Source: Chloroflexota bacterium (GTDB lineage Bacteria > Chloroflexota > Limnocylindria > Limnocylindrales > CSP1-4). From it: 55,606 bases of DNA. Of the stretch, positions 20,836 through 29,599 are shown piece by piece (position 1 is the first letter of the stretch; every line of letters starts with the position of its first letter). The DNA is taken from positions 8,590 to 64,195 of the forward strand of contig PMKN01000040.1 in assembly GCA_003158675.1 (NCBI GenBank). Direction: 5' to 3'. Below the pieces are notes generated by a model. The model did no database searches, was not told the DNA's origin, and was given only the letters and a program-made list of their open reading frames with translations. Position numbers and translations under genes: made by a program.

Positions 20836-22821
20836 ATGCGAAGACTCACCCTTGCGCTCGCCACCGGTCTGCTCGTGGCCAGCGCCAGTATCGTGGCCAA
20901 ACCGAGCCTCGCCGTGGCGGCTTCCTACGAAGCCAAGGTCGTCATCGTCGTGGGCCAGACTCAGGGTGCCACCGCGAGATATCGCTCCGACGCCGACGGG
21001 ACCGCTGCGGTCTTCGCCAAGTACACCTCCAACATCGTCAAGATCTACTCGCCTCAGGCGACTTGGAGTGCGGTCAAGGCCGCGGCTCAGGGCGCGAACA
21101 TCCTCGTCTACATGGGTCATGGGAGCGGCTACCCGAATCCGTACCTCGGATACCTGCAGCCCAATGCCGACAACGGGTTGGGGCTCGACGGGCCCACGGC
21201 GGGCCAGACCTACTACTACGGCCAGAACTACATGGCCCAGCTGGGTCTGGCGCCCAACGCCGTGGTCATCCTGAACCACCTGTGCTATGCGTCCGGGAAC
21301 AACGAAGCGGGTGCGGGCGACCCATCTGTGGACGTCGCCCACACGCGCATTGACGGGTATGCATCGGGCTTCATCCGCGGAGGAGCCAGGGCAGTCATCG
21401 CCGAGGGCCTGAACGACATCAGTTACTACGTCGACACCCTCTTCGCAGGTCACACGACTGCCGACGCCATGTGGAAGGGCTCGCCCACTTTCAACAACCA
21501 AGTCGTCAGCTGGCCAAGCACCCAAAACCCCGGCTTCACTTCGGAGAGCGATCCCAGCCTCGATCATCCGGCGTCGGACGGGGACGTCTACTACCGCTCG
21601 ATGGTTTCGAACCAGGCCCTCTCGACGGATGCGGTGATCGGCGGCCAGGCCGCGCCGTTCGTGAGTCAGAGTGGTTCCTACTACCCACTCCCGCCCACCC
21701 GCGTTGTGGACACACGCCCGGGACATCAGGGTCCCGTGGGCTCGGTTACTGCAGGCGGCGGCTACAACTACCAGATTGCCGGCGTCGGCGGCGTCCCCGC
21801 GAACGCGGTGGGCATCACGGCCAACGTCACGGTCACGGGCCAGACAGCCGCCGGGTGGGTGTACCTGGGACCTTCCGTGGACAAGGCGCCCGCCTCATCG
21901 ACGATCAACTTCCCGATGGGTGACAACCGGGCCAACGGAGTCACTGTTGCGCTCTCGCCGCAGGGCACGGTCGGGGTGTGGTACGGCGCCGGGAATGGCA
22001 ACGTTACCAACCTCATCATCGATGTCACCGGCTACTTCCTGCCCGACACGGCGGGCGCCGGCTACGTTGCTTTCGGCCCACGGCGCGTACTCGATACACG
22101 TGCCAACGGCAGCATCGGCATCGGCGGCCCGTTCGTAAGCGGGCAGCACCGCGTCATTCAGATCGCCGGCGTCGCCGACCTTCCCGCTTCCGGGATCGTG
22201 GCCGTGACCGGCAACCTCACCGTCGTGCGGCCATCCGCGAGGGGCTACGTCACCCTCGGGCCGGACCCGACCGACGCGCCCGCCTCGTCCACGATCAACT
22301 TCCCGGCTCGGGACATCAGAGCCAACAACGTTGTCGTGCCGGTCAACGCCGACGGCACCCTCTCGGCGGTCTATGTCGCCGGGCCGGGCGCTACCGTCGA
22401 TCTCGTGCTCGACATTTCCGGCTACTTCGTCGCGTCCGGCGGGGCCCTCTACAAGACCCTGGACCCGGCCCGGATCCTCGATTCGCGCACCGCTACGGGC
22501 GTCGCGAACCGCTTCTCCGCCGGCGCCGCTCAGCCGTTGCAGGTCTCTGGCCAGGGCGGCGTCCCCGCCGGAGCCGTCGCCGTCACCGCGAACCTGACGA
22601 TCACGCGCCAGTCCTGCGGCGGGTTCGCGGCCCTCGGGCCAACGATCGATGCCTCGACCAACTTCTCCAACCTGAACTTCCCCGTGGGCGATACGCGCGC
22701 CAACGGCGTGACCGTGCCGCTCACCAAGGATGGCGGCCTGGACGTCATCTACGTGGCCCCCGCCGGATGCGCCGCGGACCTGATTCTCGACGTAACCGGC
22801 TACTACCTGAACCCAGCGTAG
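20836..22821 (+). CDS. Secreted protein: clan CD (gingipain/caspase/CHAT-like) cysteine-protease-like domain plus three C-terminal ~120-aa repeats
   Basis: Signal peptide MRRLTLALATGLLVASAS; ILVYMGHG and VILNHLCYASG (putative His/Cys dyad); repeats P.R(V/I)(V/L)D(T/S)R...STINF...RANGV.V...D(V/I)(T/S)GY. GGGAG SD before ATG 20836. Confidence 0.75.
   Translation: MRRLTLALATGLLVASASIVAKPSLAVAASYEAKVVIVVGQTQGATARYRSDADGTAAVFAKYTSNIVKIYSPQATWSAVKAAAQGANILVYMGHGSGYPNPYLGYLQPNADNGLGLDGPTAGQTYYYGQNYMAQLGLAPNAVVILNHLCYASGNNEAGAGDPSVDVAHTRIDGYASGFIRGGARAVIAEGLNDISYYVDTLFAGHTTADAMWKGSPTFNNQVVSWPSTQNPGFTSESDPSLDHPASDGDVYYRSMVSNQALSTDAVIGGQAAPFVSQSGSYYPLPPTRVVDTRPGHQGPVGSVTAGGGYNYQIAGVGGVPANAVGITANVTVTGQTAAGWVYLGPSVDKAPASSTINFPMGDNRANGVTVALSPQGTVGVWYGAGNGNVTNLIIDVTGYFLPDTAGAGYVAFGPRRVLDTRANGSIGIGGPFVSGQHRVIQIAGVADLPASGIVAVTGNLTVVRPSARGYVTLGPDPTDAPASSTINFPARDIRANNVVVPVNADGTLSAVYVAGPGATVDLVLDISGYFVASGGALYKTLDPARILDSRTATGVANRFSAGAAQPLQVSGQGGVPAGAVAVTANLTITRQSCGGFAALGPTIDASTNFSNLNFPVGDTRANGVTVPLTKDGGLDVIYVAPAGCAADLILDVTGYYLNPA
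21673..22818 (+). repeat. Three tandem ~120-aa protein repeats (candidate surface-anchor module)
   Basis: Units start near 21673, 22057 and 22441; each runs P.R..D.R / VP..A.....N.TV / S..NF..GD.RAN / LI.DVTGY. Confidence 0.9.
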
Positions 22822-22955
22822 CGCTCACCGCACCGCACCCCACCCCATCACAGGGTTACCATGGGGTGAGTCGAAAGCGCGGTCGCCTTGTCGCGGAGTG
22901 GTTCAAACCGCGCCCAGGAGGGCGACCGCCGGGAACCGTAACTGGTGAGGTCCGG

Positions 22956-25900
22956 ATGAATTACAACTCGACGTGCTCCCGGTCTACTGGATCCAGGCCG
23001 AGCCGGCCCGGAAGGCTCGGCTTCGCGGCGCTCTCGATCGCGCTCGGCGCGGCAATGGCGGTCAACCCGGCCGGCCCCGGCGCAAGGCCGGTTGCGGCAC
23101 TCGAACCAGGGACCGCGTCGTCGGATCAGACGGCCACGTCGATCATGTACCAGCAGGCTCTCGAGCACGCGAACGACCCGAACACCTTCGTCGCGGGCGA
23201 CGCCGTCAGCGTCCCGTACAGTCCGCGACACGGTGACACCACGTCCGTCGACGGCGGCCGGCCTGTCTCGCTCCCGGCTGGAACCGCCTCCGGCCGCTCG
23301 ATGGAGGACAGCCCGCAGGGCTCGATCGCGGCAGAGTCCGACGTCGCTGCTCCGGTTGCGGCGCCGGCGCTGGCCGGATCGAAGGCTTCGGTCACGGCCC
23401 AGGCACAACCGGCGACATCGACCAACGTCCTTCGCCGCGAGGTCTATGGCTTCCTGCCGTACTGGGAATCGGTAGCCGGGCCCACGCTCAACTACGACAT
23501 CCTCTCCACCGTCGCCTACTTCGGCGTGGGCACCGACGGTCTTGGCAACCTCCAGAAGCACGACGCCGACGGGACCACCTCAACCGGCTGGGCAGGATGG
23601 ACGAGCTCGTGGATGACGAACGTCATCAACGCCGCGCACGCCCACGGTACTCGTGTCGCGCTGACCGTCGAGGAGTTCGCCTGGGATTCCGCCGGGGTCA
23701 ATGAGCAGGTCCAGCTCCTCTCGAGCCCCGCCAACCGCCTCAACCTCGCTCAACAGATCGCGGCCGCCGTCAGCCAGCGCGGAGCTGACGGCGTGAACCT
23801 GGATTTCGAACCGATCGCCTCGACACAGGAGGGCGACTTCACCATCTTCGTTCGCACGCTTCGGGCTGAGCTCGACAAGATCAACCCCGGCTACGAGCTG
23901 ACCTTCTGCGGCACCGGCGCCCCCGGCTATTACGACGTCGCGGGCCTGACGGCGCCCGGGGCCGCCGATGCGGTCTTCATCATGGGCTACGACTTCCGGA
24001 CGGGCGCATCGGACTACGCCGGTTCCATCGACCCGCTCACCAGCCCCAAGCCGGTCTACGACCTGACCCAGGTCGTCAACATGTGGAAGGCGCGGACCTC
24101 GGTCTCAAAGATAATCATGGGCCTGCCCTACTACGGCATCGCCTGGTCGACGGCAAGCAACGCCCCGAACGCGACGGTCATCAGTTCGGCGTGCTCGCCG
24201 ACATCGGTCTTCTTCGCCCAGGCGGCATCCTTGGCCGCGACCAACGGCCGCAACTACGACTCGATCGAGCAGTCCGCATGGACCTCGTACCAGCTCACCT
24301 GCGGCGGGGTTCAGACCTGGCGCGAGCTGTACTACGACGACGCCCAGTCCCTCAGCGCCAAGTACGACATGATCAACTACTGGAACCTGCGGGGCATGGG
24401 CATCTGGGCACTGGGGTACGACGCCGGCCACCCCGAGATTCCGAGTCTGGTCGCCTCCAAGTTCCTGACCGACAAGACACCGCCGGTCGTGGGCATCGTG
24501 AATCTCCCGGCAACCCAGACCAACGAAGGCTTCGCCATCGGCTGGACCGGGAGCGATGACTGGAACGGCATTGCCAGCTACGACGTCCAGGTCTCGACCG
24601 ACGGCGGTCCATTCACCGACTGGCTGGTCGGCACCACCGAGACGAACGACAGCTTCCAGGGATCTTCCGGCCACAACTACTCGTTCCGCGTCAGGGCCAC
24701 CGACGGCGTAGGCAACGTGGGTGCGTGGGACGTGACTTCGACATACACTTCGTCGCCTTCGTTCGCCGTCGGCGGTTTCGCCTCGGTAGCGGCCGCGTCG
24801 GTGAATGAGCGCGCGTCGCCGTCTGCCACGGACACCGTGGTTTCGACAGCGTCTAACGGGACCGTGCTGCAGATCATCGGCGGGCCGGTCACGGGCAGCG
24901 ACGGGGTGACCTGGTACCAGGTCACCGGTCCCTTCGCCACCGTCAACGCCGTGGTGCCCCTGTTTCCGGGTCCATGGGTCGCGGTAACGGACGGGACGAA
25001 CAACTGGGTCGTGCCGATCACGCCGCCCAACTCTACGGTGGTCGCAGCCGGAATCGCCGGCTACTCCGTCGGCGTGCCGGGGATGCAGCCTTCCGGTACC
25101 GGCATCGATCGCGGCAAGGTCTTCTCGCCCGACGGCGACGGAATCCGCGACACGCTGCCGATCTCCTGGACCGACACTCCGGCCTTCAACGACGTAACCC
25201 TGACGGTCTACCGCGACGACGACAGCGTCGCCGGCACGATCGACCTCGGGCCGCTCGGCTCCGGACCTCAGTCGTACGCCTGGAACGGCACTCTAGACGG
25301 CAAGACTCCCCTGCCCGACGCGCGTTACCTGATCCAGGTGACCGGTACCACGGCCGGTGGGTCCACCTACTTCGCTCCGTCGCGGGCGCCATCCGGGGTC
25401 TGGCAGATGGACGAGCTGGGCGCAGTAATCGACACCACGCCGAGCGGGACGTATTACCCGCTGGCTCCGGTGCGCGTCTTGGACACTCGGTCCGGGGTAG
25501 GCCTCAGCGGGCCCTTCAAGTCGGGTCAAACCCGGTCGATGAAGATCGCGGGCGCGACCGGCGGAGTGCCCGCCGGGGCAATCGCGATTACTGGCAATCT
25601 GACAGTTACCCAGGCGACTCTCGCCGGCTACGTGAGATTCGGATCTTCAGTGAGCGGCAGCGCCTCGACGATCAACTTCAAGGCCGGTGACAACCGAGCC
25701 AACGGCGTCACTCTGGGCCTTGCCGCGGACGGCAGTCTCAGTGGTTTCTACTTCACTTCGTCCGGTAAGGGCACGATCGCTCTCATCCTTGACATCACGG
25801 GCTACTTCATGAGGGACGGCAACGGGGCCACCTTCGTACCCGTCACGCCTACGCGTATCGTCGACACTCGCATCAAGAAGGGCGTCCTCGCAACACTCAC

Positions 25901-26573
25901 CGCCAACATGATTGCCGGCTTCGGCGTCGCCGAGCAGGCCGGAGTGCCCGACAACGCCGTGGCCGTGACTGGCAACGCAACGGTGACCGGCCAGACCGGA
26001 GCCGGCTACATCGTCATCGCGCCGACGATCCCCTCGGCCAAGGCGCCGGGTTCCTCCACTCTCAACTTCCCCAAGGGTGACAACCGGGCCAACAACATCA
26101 CCGTGCCGATATCTGGCGGGAACCTCCAGGTCGAGTACGTCGGCCCGGCCAGAACTACTGCCCATTTCGTCTTCGACGTGACGGGTTACTTTGTGCCAGG
26201 TCTCTCGGGCGCGACGTTTGTGCCTCTCGCACCCGGCCGAGTCGTGGATAGCCGGGTTGGGCAGGGCTTCCAGGGGCCCCTCAACACGGGCGCCACCGCC
26301 CCGTTCGCGGTGGCTGGGCAGGTCTCCGTTCACCCGATCGCAGTCGCGGTCGTGGGCAATCTCACCGTCACGAGCCAGACCTCGCAGGGTTGGCTGGCGG
26401 CGGCACCGGGACCCGAGACCTCGACTTCGACGCTCAACTTCCCGGTCGGCGACAACCGCGCCAACGGCTTCGTGAGCCTCCTCGGGCCCAGCGGCACGTT
26501 GGCGGTGACGTTCGGAGGCAGCAAGGGATCGAAATCGCACTTCGTCGTCGACATACTCGGCTACTACCGCTGA
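22956..26573 (+). CDS. Secreted GH18 family hydrolase with Fn3/Ig-like, SH3b-like and FlgD-Ig-like domains and three C-terminal repeats
   Basis: EVYGFLPYW, DGVNLDFEP, IMGYDF, IMGLPYYG, YYDDAQSLSAKY, GMGIWALGYD; SH3-like VNERASPS...GGPV..DGVTWYQV; FlgD-like FSPDGDG..D...YAWNG. GAGG SD before ATG 22956. Confidence 0.88.
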   Translation: MNYNSTCSRSTGSRPSRPGRLGFAALSIALGAAMAVNPAGPGARPVAALEPGTASSDQTATSIMYQQALEHANDPNTFVAGDAVSVPYSPRHGDTTSVDGGRPVSLPAGTASGRSMEDSPQGSIAAESDVAAPVAAPALAGSKASVTAQAQPATSTNVLRREVYGFLPYWESVAGPTLNYDILSTVAYFGVGTDGLGNLQKHDADGTTSTGWAGWTSSWMTNVINAAHAHGTRVALTVEEFAWDSAGVNEQVQLLSSPANRLNLAQQIAAAVSQRGADGVNLDFEPIASTQEGDFTIFVRTLRAELDKINPGYELTFCGTGAPGYYDVAGLTAPGAADAVFIMGYDFRTGASDYAGSIDPLTSPKPVYDLTQVVNMWKARTSVSKIIMGLPYYGIAWSTASNAPNATVISSACSPTSVFFAQAASLAATNGRNYDSIEQSAWTSYQLTCGGVQTWRELYYDDAQSLSAKYDMINYWNLRGMGIWALGYDAGHPEIPSLVASKFLTDKTPPVVGIVNLPATQTNEGFAIGWTGSDDWNGIASYDVQVSTDGGPFTDWLVGTTETNDSFQGSSGHNYSFRVRATDGVGNVGAWDVTSTYTSSPSFAVGGFASVAAASVNERASPSATDTVVSTASNGTVLQIIGGPVTGSDGVTWYQVTGPFATVNAVVPLFPGPWVAVTDGTNNWVVPITPPNSTVVAAGIAGYSVGVPGMQPSGTGIDRGKVFSPDGDGIRDTLPISWTDTPAFNDVTLTVYRDDDSVAGTIDLGPLGSGPQSYAWNGTLDGKTPLPDARYLIQVTGTTAGGSTYFAPSRAPSGVWQMDELGAVIDTTPSGTYYPLAPVRVLDTRSGVGLSGPFKSGQTRSMKIAGATGGVPAGAIAITGNLTVTQATLAGYVRFGSSVSGSASTINFKAGDNRANGVTLGLAADGSLSGFYFTSSGKGTIALILDITGYFMRDGNGATFVPVTPTRIVDTRIKKGVLATLTANMIAGFGVAEQAGVPDNAVAVTGNATVTGQTGAGYIVIAPTIPSAKAPGSSTLNFPKGDNRANNITVPISGGNLQVEYVGPARTTAHFVFDVTGYFVPGLSGATFVPLAPGRVVDSRVGQGFQGPLNTGATAPFAVAGQVSVHPIAVAVVGNLTVTSQTSQGWLAAAPGPETSTSTLNFPVGDNRANGFVSLLGPSGTLAVTFGGSKGSKSHFVVDILGYYR
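25446..26570 (+). repeat. Three tandem ~120-aa repeats, same family as 21673-22818
   Basis: Units start near 25446, 25827 and 26209 (PVRVLDTR, PTRIVDTR, PGRVVDSR; ST(I/L)NF..GDNRAN; D(I/V)(T/L)GY). Confidence 0.9.
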
Positions 26574-26663
26574 CGGTGGCCTTCGTGGCCGGCGGCTTCG
26601 AGGGCCAGGCCTGCGGAAGCGCTCGTGGCGGACAGCCCGAAGGCCCGGTGCGAACCCGATCGA

Positions 26664-26669
26664 TAGACT
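26664..26669 (+). promoter_or_regulatory. -10 element TAGACT 7 nt before ATG 26677 (leaderless promoter)
   Basis: TAGACT-gcccgat-ATG with no SD sequence. Confidence 0.5.
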
Positions 26670-26676
26670 GCCCGAT

Positions 26677-28056
26677 ATGCCACTAATTGCTCCGCCTGCG
26701 CCGGCGGCGTTCGCCGGTCGACCGACGCGAGGCGTTCGAATAGTCATCGACCTGCGCCCCCTTCAGCAGCCCGATCGTGCCCCGGTGACGGCGGCATACC
26801 TGGACAACCTGCTGGCGGCATTCGACTCCGAGCCGCTGGCGGGCGAAGAGTTAGTCGCTCTAATGCAGGCCGGATTGCCGGACCCAACCGCCGGGCTTCA
26901 GCGTCTGCCGGTCGCCGCACGGAGATGGCTTCCACCCACCCGGCTCCTTCGCGCCGCCTCGCTGACAGTGGACCCGTTCCTGCTTCGAGGGGCTTCCGTG
27001 GCCGCTGGCAGGGCGTCCGCCGGAGCCGTCTACCACCTCGCGGGCGCCAGCCTCCCGCTGGCATCGAGACTGCCCGTCGTGGCCACTCTGCTGGATCTGG
27101 CGCCGTGGGAACTGCCGCAGGCCTACCAGGGCGGGCCGGCGGCGCATCTCGGCGAGCGCCTCCGGGCGCGGCTGCTCCGCGACGCGAGCCTGATAGTCGG
27201 CAGCGAAGCCGTGGCTCGGAGCGCGGCGCGCCTGCTGCGCGCCCGGCCGGGCCGCATCCACGTCGTGCCTTTCGCGCCGAATCCAGCGGCGGCAGCCATC
27301 TGCGCGGGCCCGTATGCGGTCTCTGACGACCGCGGCTTCGCCGCCGGTATCGCGGGCACCATCGCCCTCGAGCGAGAGATCCTCGGTCTTCCGGATCGCT
27401 ACCTCATCTTGCTTGGCCGGTACGATGCCCGGACGGACATCCCGACCCTCCTGGATGCGTTGGCGGCCCTGAACGAGCAGTCCCGACCCGCCATTCTCTC
27501 GACCGAGGCGCCGTGGCCGCCGGTTCTCCTCCTGGCCGGCGCCAGACCGGAGGATCGATCCTCGTTGATGCGGGCGGCGGGACGGCGCGGCCTCGACGGG
27601 CAACTCATCTACGCCGAGCCGCTCCCCGGAGAGCGCTTCGCGACCGTGGTTGCGGGAGCGCGGGCCGCCATCCGTTCCGCGGTCAGCGACGCCGTCGGGT
27701 CGCTCGCGATCGACGCCATAGCCTGCGGAACACCCGTGGTGGCCAGCGCCGTAGGAGCTCTGCCGGAGGCGATTGGGGGCGCCGGGATCCTGGTCGAGCC
27801 GCGCGACTCGGCCCACATGGCCCGCGCCATAGAAGCAGTGTGGTCGGACGACTCACTACACCTCCGGCTACGCAAGGCCGCGACGGTCGCGGCCCGTGAG
27901 TTGCCCACGTGGGTGGACGTCGCCTGGATGACTCGGGCGGTCTATGCGGCAGCGGCCGGCGTCGGGACGACAGCCGCGGAGGCACCGGCCCAGAACCCAG
28001 ACGCGGCGGCGGGCCAAATCGGGCCGGGTCTCGCCGATCCGGGCGAGTCGCTGTAG
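26677..28056 (+). CDS. Glycosyltransferase family 4 (GT-B), divergent
   Basis: RIVID.RPLQ, VVATLLDLAPW, DAIACGTPVVASAVGALPE, GILVEPRD. The canonical ExxxxxxxE motif is degenerate. Confidence 0.82.
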   Translation: MPLIAPPAPAAFAGRPTRGVRIVIDLRPLQQPDRAPVTAAYLDNLLAAFDSEPLAGEELVALMQAGLPDPTAGLQRLPVAARRWLPPTRLLRAASLTVDPFLLRGASVAAGRASAGAVYHLAGASLPLASRLPVVATLLDLAPWELPQAYQGGPAAHLGERLRARLLRDASLIVGSEAVARSAARLLRARPGRIHVVPFAPNPAAAAICAGPYAVSDDRGFAAGIAGTIALEREILGLPDRYLILLGRYDARTDIPTLLDALAALNEQSRPAILSTEAPWPPVLLLAGARPEDRSSLMRAAGRRGLDGQLIYAEPLPGERFATVVAGARAAIRSAVSDAVGSLAIDAIACGTPVVASAVGALPEAIGGAGILVEPRDSAHMARAIEAVWSDDSLHLRLRKAATVAARELPTWVDVAWMTRAVYAAAAGVGTTAAEAPAQNPDAAAGQIGPGLADPGESL

Positions 28057-28119
28057 GCTGGACTGCAACGGCCGCCATCGAGCCGGCCGCCTGCCCATCC
28101 GTCGAGGAGGGATGACCCG

Positions 28120-28785
28120 ATGAACGACAAGCCGGGCGACCAGCCGGCCGAGAAACCGAAGGCAGCGCCCCGAGCGAGGCGCTCGTCAACCCCCCCAGCT
28201 GCGGCGGCCGTGGAGCCGGTAGGTGCATCGATGCCCGCCCCGATTCCGTCGGTGACTGCTCCAGAGGCGGCTGCGTCCTCCGCGTCGCATTCGAGCGCGC
28301 CGATCCGCGCAACCACGGTCAACGTCAACCGCGGTGGCGTGGGCGAGGTCGAGGCCGTTACGATCAACGTCCACCAGGGCGGAATCGGCGCCGCATCCGC
28401 CGAGGACATCACCGTCACCCAGGGCGGAATCGGACGGGCTCGTGCCGACGACATAGCCATCCGGCTGGGAGGCGCGGGAGTCGCCCACGGGGACCGCGTG
28501 TCGGTCGAGCTCGGGAGCATTGGTCTTGCCGTGGGTGGCAGCGTCTCACTGACCCAGGGCTATGCCCGAAGCGTCCTGGCGCGAGAGGTCAGGATCAACC
28601 AAGGCGGAGCGCAGTCGATCGTCGCCGAGAAGGTTGTGTTCGAAAAGCAGGGCGGGGCCTTCATCCTGCTGGCCCGGAGGGTGGAGGGCGACGTTCGGAC
28701 TGTCCTCGACTGGCGCGGAGCGCTCGCCCTGGGCGCTGTTGTAGCCCTGGGATTCGCCCTGGTGGGGCGCCGCAAGCACACCTAG
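28120..28785 (+). CDS. Hypothetical tail-anchored protein with eight ~15-aa repeats (beta-solenoid-like)
   Basis: Periodic (V/I)x(V/I)xQGG(I/A) units; C-terminal TM helix followed by RRKHT; GAGGAGG SD. Confidence 0.8.
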   Translation: MNDKPGDQPAEKPKAAPRARRSSTPPAAAAVEPVGASMPAPIPSVTAPEAAASSASHSSAPIRATTVNVNRGGVGEVEAVTINVHQGGIGAASAEDITVTQGGIGRARADDIAIRLGGAGVAHGDRVSVELGSIGLAVGGSVSLTQGYARSVLAREVRINQGGAQSIVAEKVVFEKQGGAFILLARRVEGDVRTVLDWRGALALGAVVALGFALVGRRKHT

Positions 28786-28939
28786 AGCCTTGAGCCGCCG
28801 CACCCGAGCTTCAGCCGTCAGCGGCTTGGGCGACCGTGGCTGCGGTTCGGGAGGAGGCCGTCCGGTATACTCAATCGCTCGGTGGAGCGGCGTCTCGAGA
28901 GACCCTCGGCCGATCTCCGATCCGTCGCAGGAGCTGTCA

Positions 28940-29599
28940 GTGATCGACCCCACGGCTCGGGTGCACCCGTCCGCCGACATCGAGAAGGACGTATCGGTCG
29001 GACCAAGGACGAGCGTCTGGCACCGAGCGGTCCTCCGGAATGGAGCCACCTTAGGGGCGGAATGCGTGATCGGTCGAGACGCATTCATCGATGAGGGCGT
29101 CCGGCTCGGCGATCGTGTCAAAGTCCAGAACGGAGCTCTCGTCTACCACGGTGTGACCGTCGGCAACGGCGTCTTCATCGGCCCAGGCGCCATCATGACG
29201 AACGACCGCTATCCCAGAGCGATAACCGCCACCGGCGACCTGGCCCGCGCGGACGATTGGACCGTCAGCCCGATCCAGCTCCTGGATGGCTGTTCGATCG
29301 GCGCTGGAGCCGTCATCGTGGCCGGGACGACGGTCGGGCATTTCGCTACCGTCGGCGCTGGGGCTGTAGTCACCCGCGATGTCCCCGACTTCGCGCTCGT
29401 AGCCGGCAATCCGGCTCGGCGCCTGGGCTGGGTGTGCGCCTGCGGCGCCCGCCTCAACGACGAGATGGGCCGGCCGGCGTCCCCCAACCCGGTCCCGGAT
29501 GCCTCTCTCGGCTGCGCGAGCTGCGGCCGAAGATACGCTTTCGATCCACAAACGGGCGCGCTCGAGGAGCGGCGCGCCGCGAACCTAGGAGACGCATGA
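28940..29599 (+). CDS. Hexapeptide-repeat N-acetyltransferase (WbpD/WlbB-like)
   Basis: VHPSA..., VKVQN, VFIGP...TND.YPRA, GAGAVVTRDV..GNPAR..GWVCACG. AGGAG SD before GTG 28940; TATACT at 28866. Confidence 0.88.
   Translation: MIDPTARVHPSADIEKDVSVGPRTSVWHRAVLRNGATLGAECVIGRDAFIDEGVRLGDRVKVQNGALVYHGVTVGNGVFIGPGAIMTNDRYPRAITATGDLARADDWTVSPIQLLDGCSIGAGAVIVAGTTVGHFATVGAGAVVTRDVPDFALVAGNPARRLGWVCACGARLNDEMGRPASPNPVPDASLGCASCGRRYAFDPQTGALEERRAANLGDA

Noticed and set aside
21978-22955. 326-codon 5' extension of the GH18 ORF overlapping the protease gene (possible frameshift fusion)
   Set aside because: Arg-rich off-frame translation. The GH18 has its own -10, SD and signal peptide at 22956, and I see no slippery site.
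29430-29540. CxC...CxxC tail on the acetyltransferase as a novel fusion
   Set aside because: A small C-terminal Cys-rich extension is common in WbpD-like acetyltransferases.
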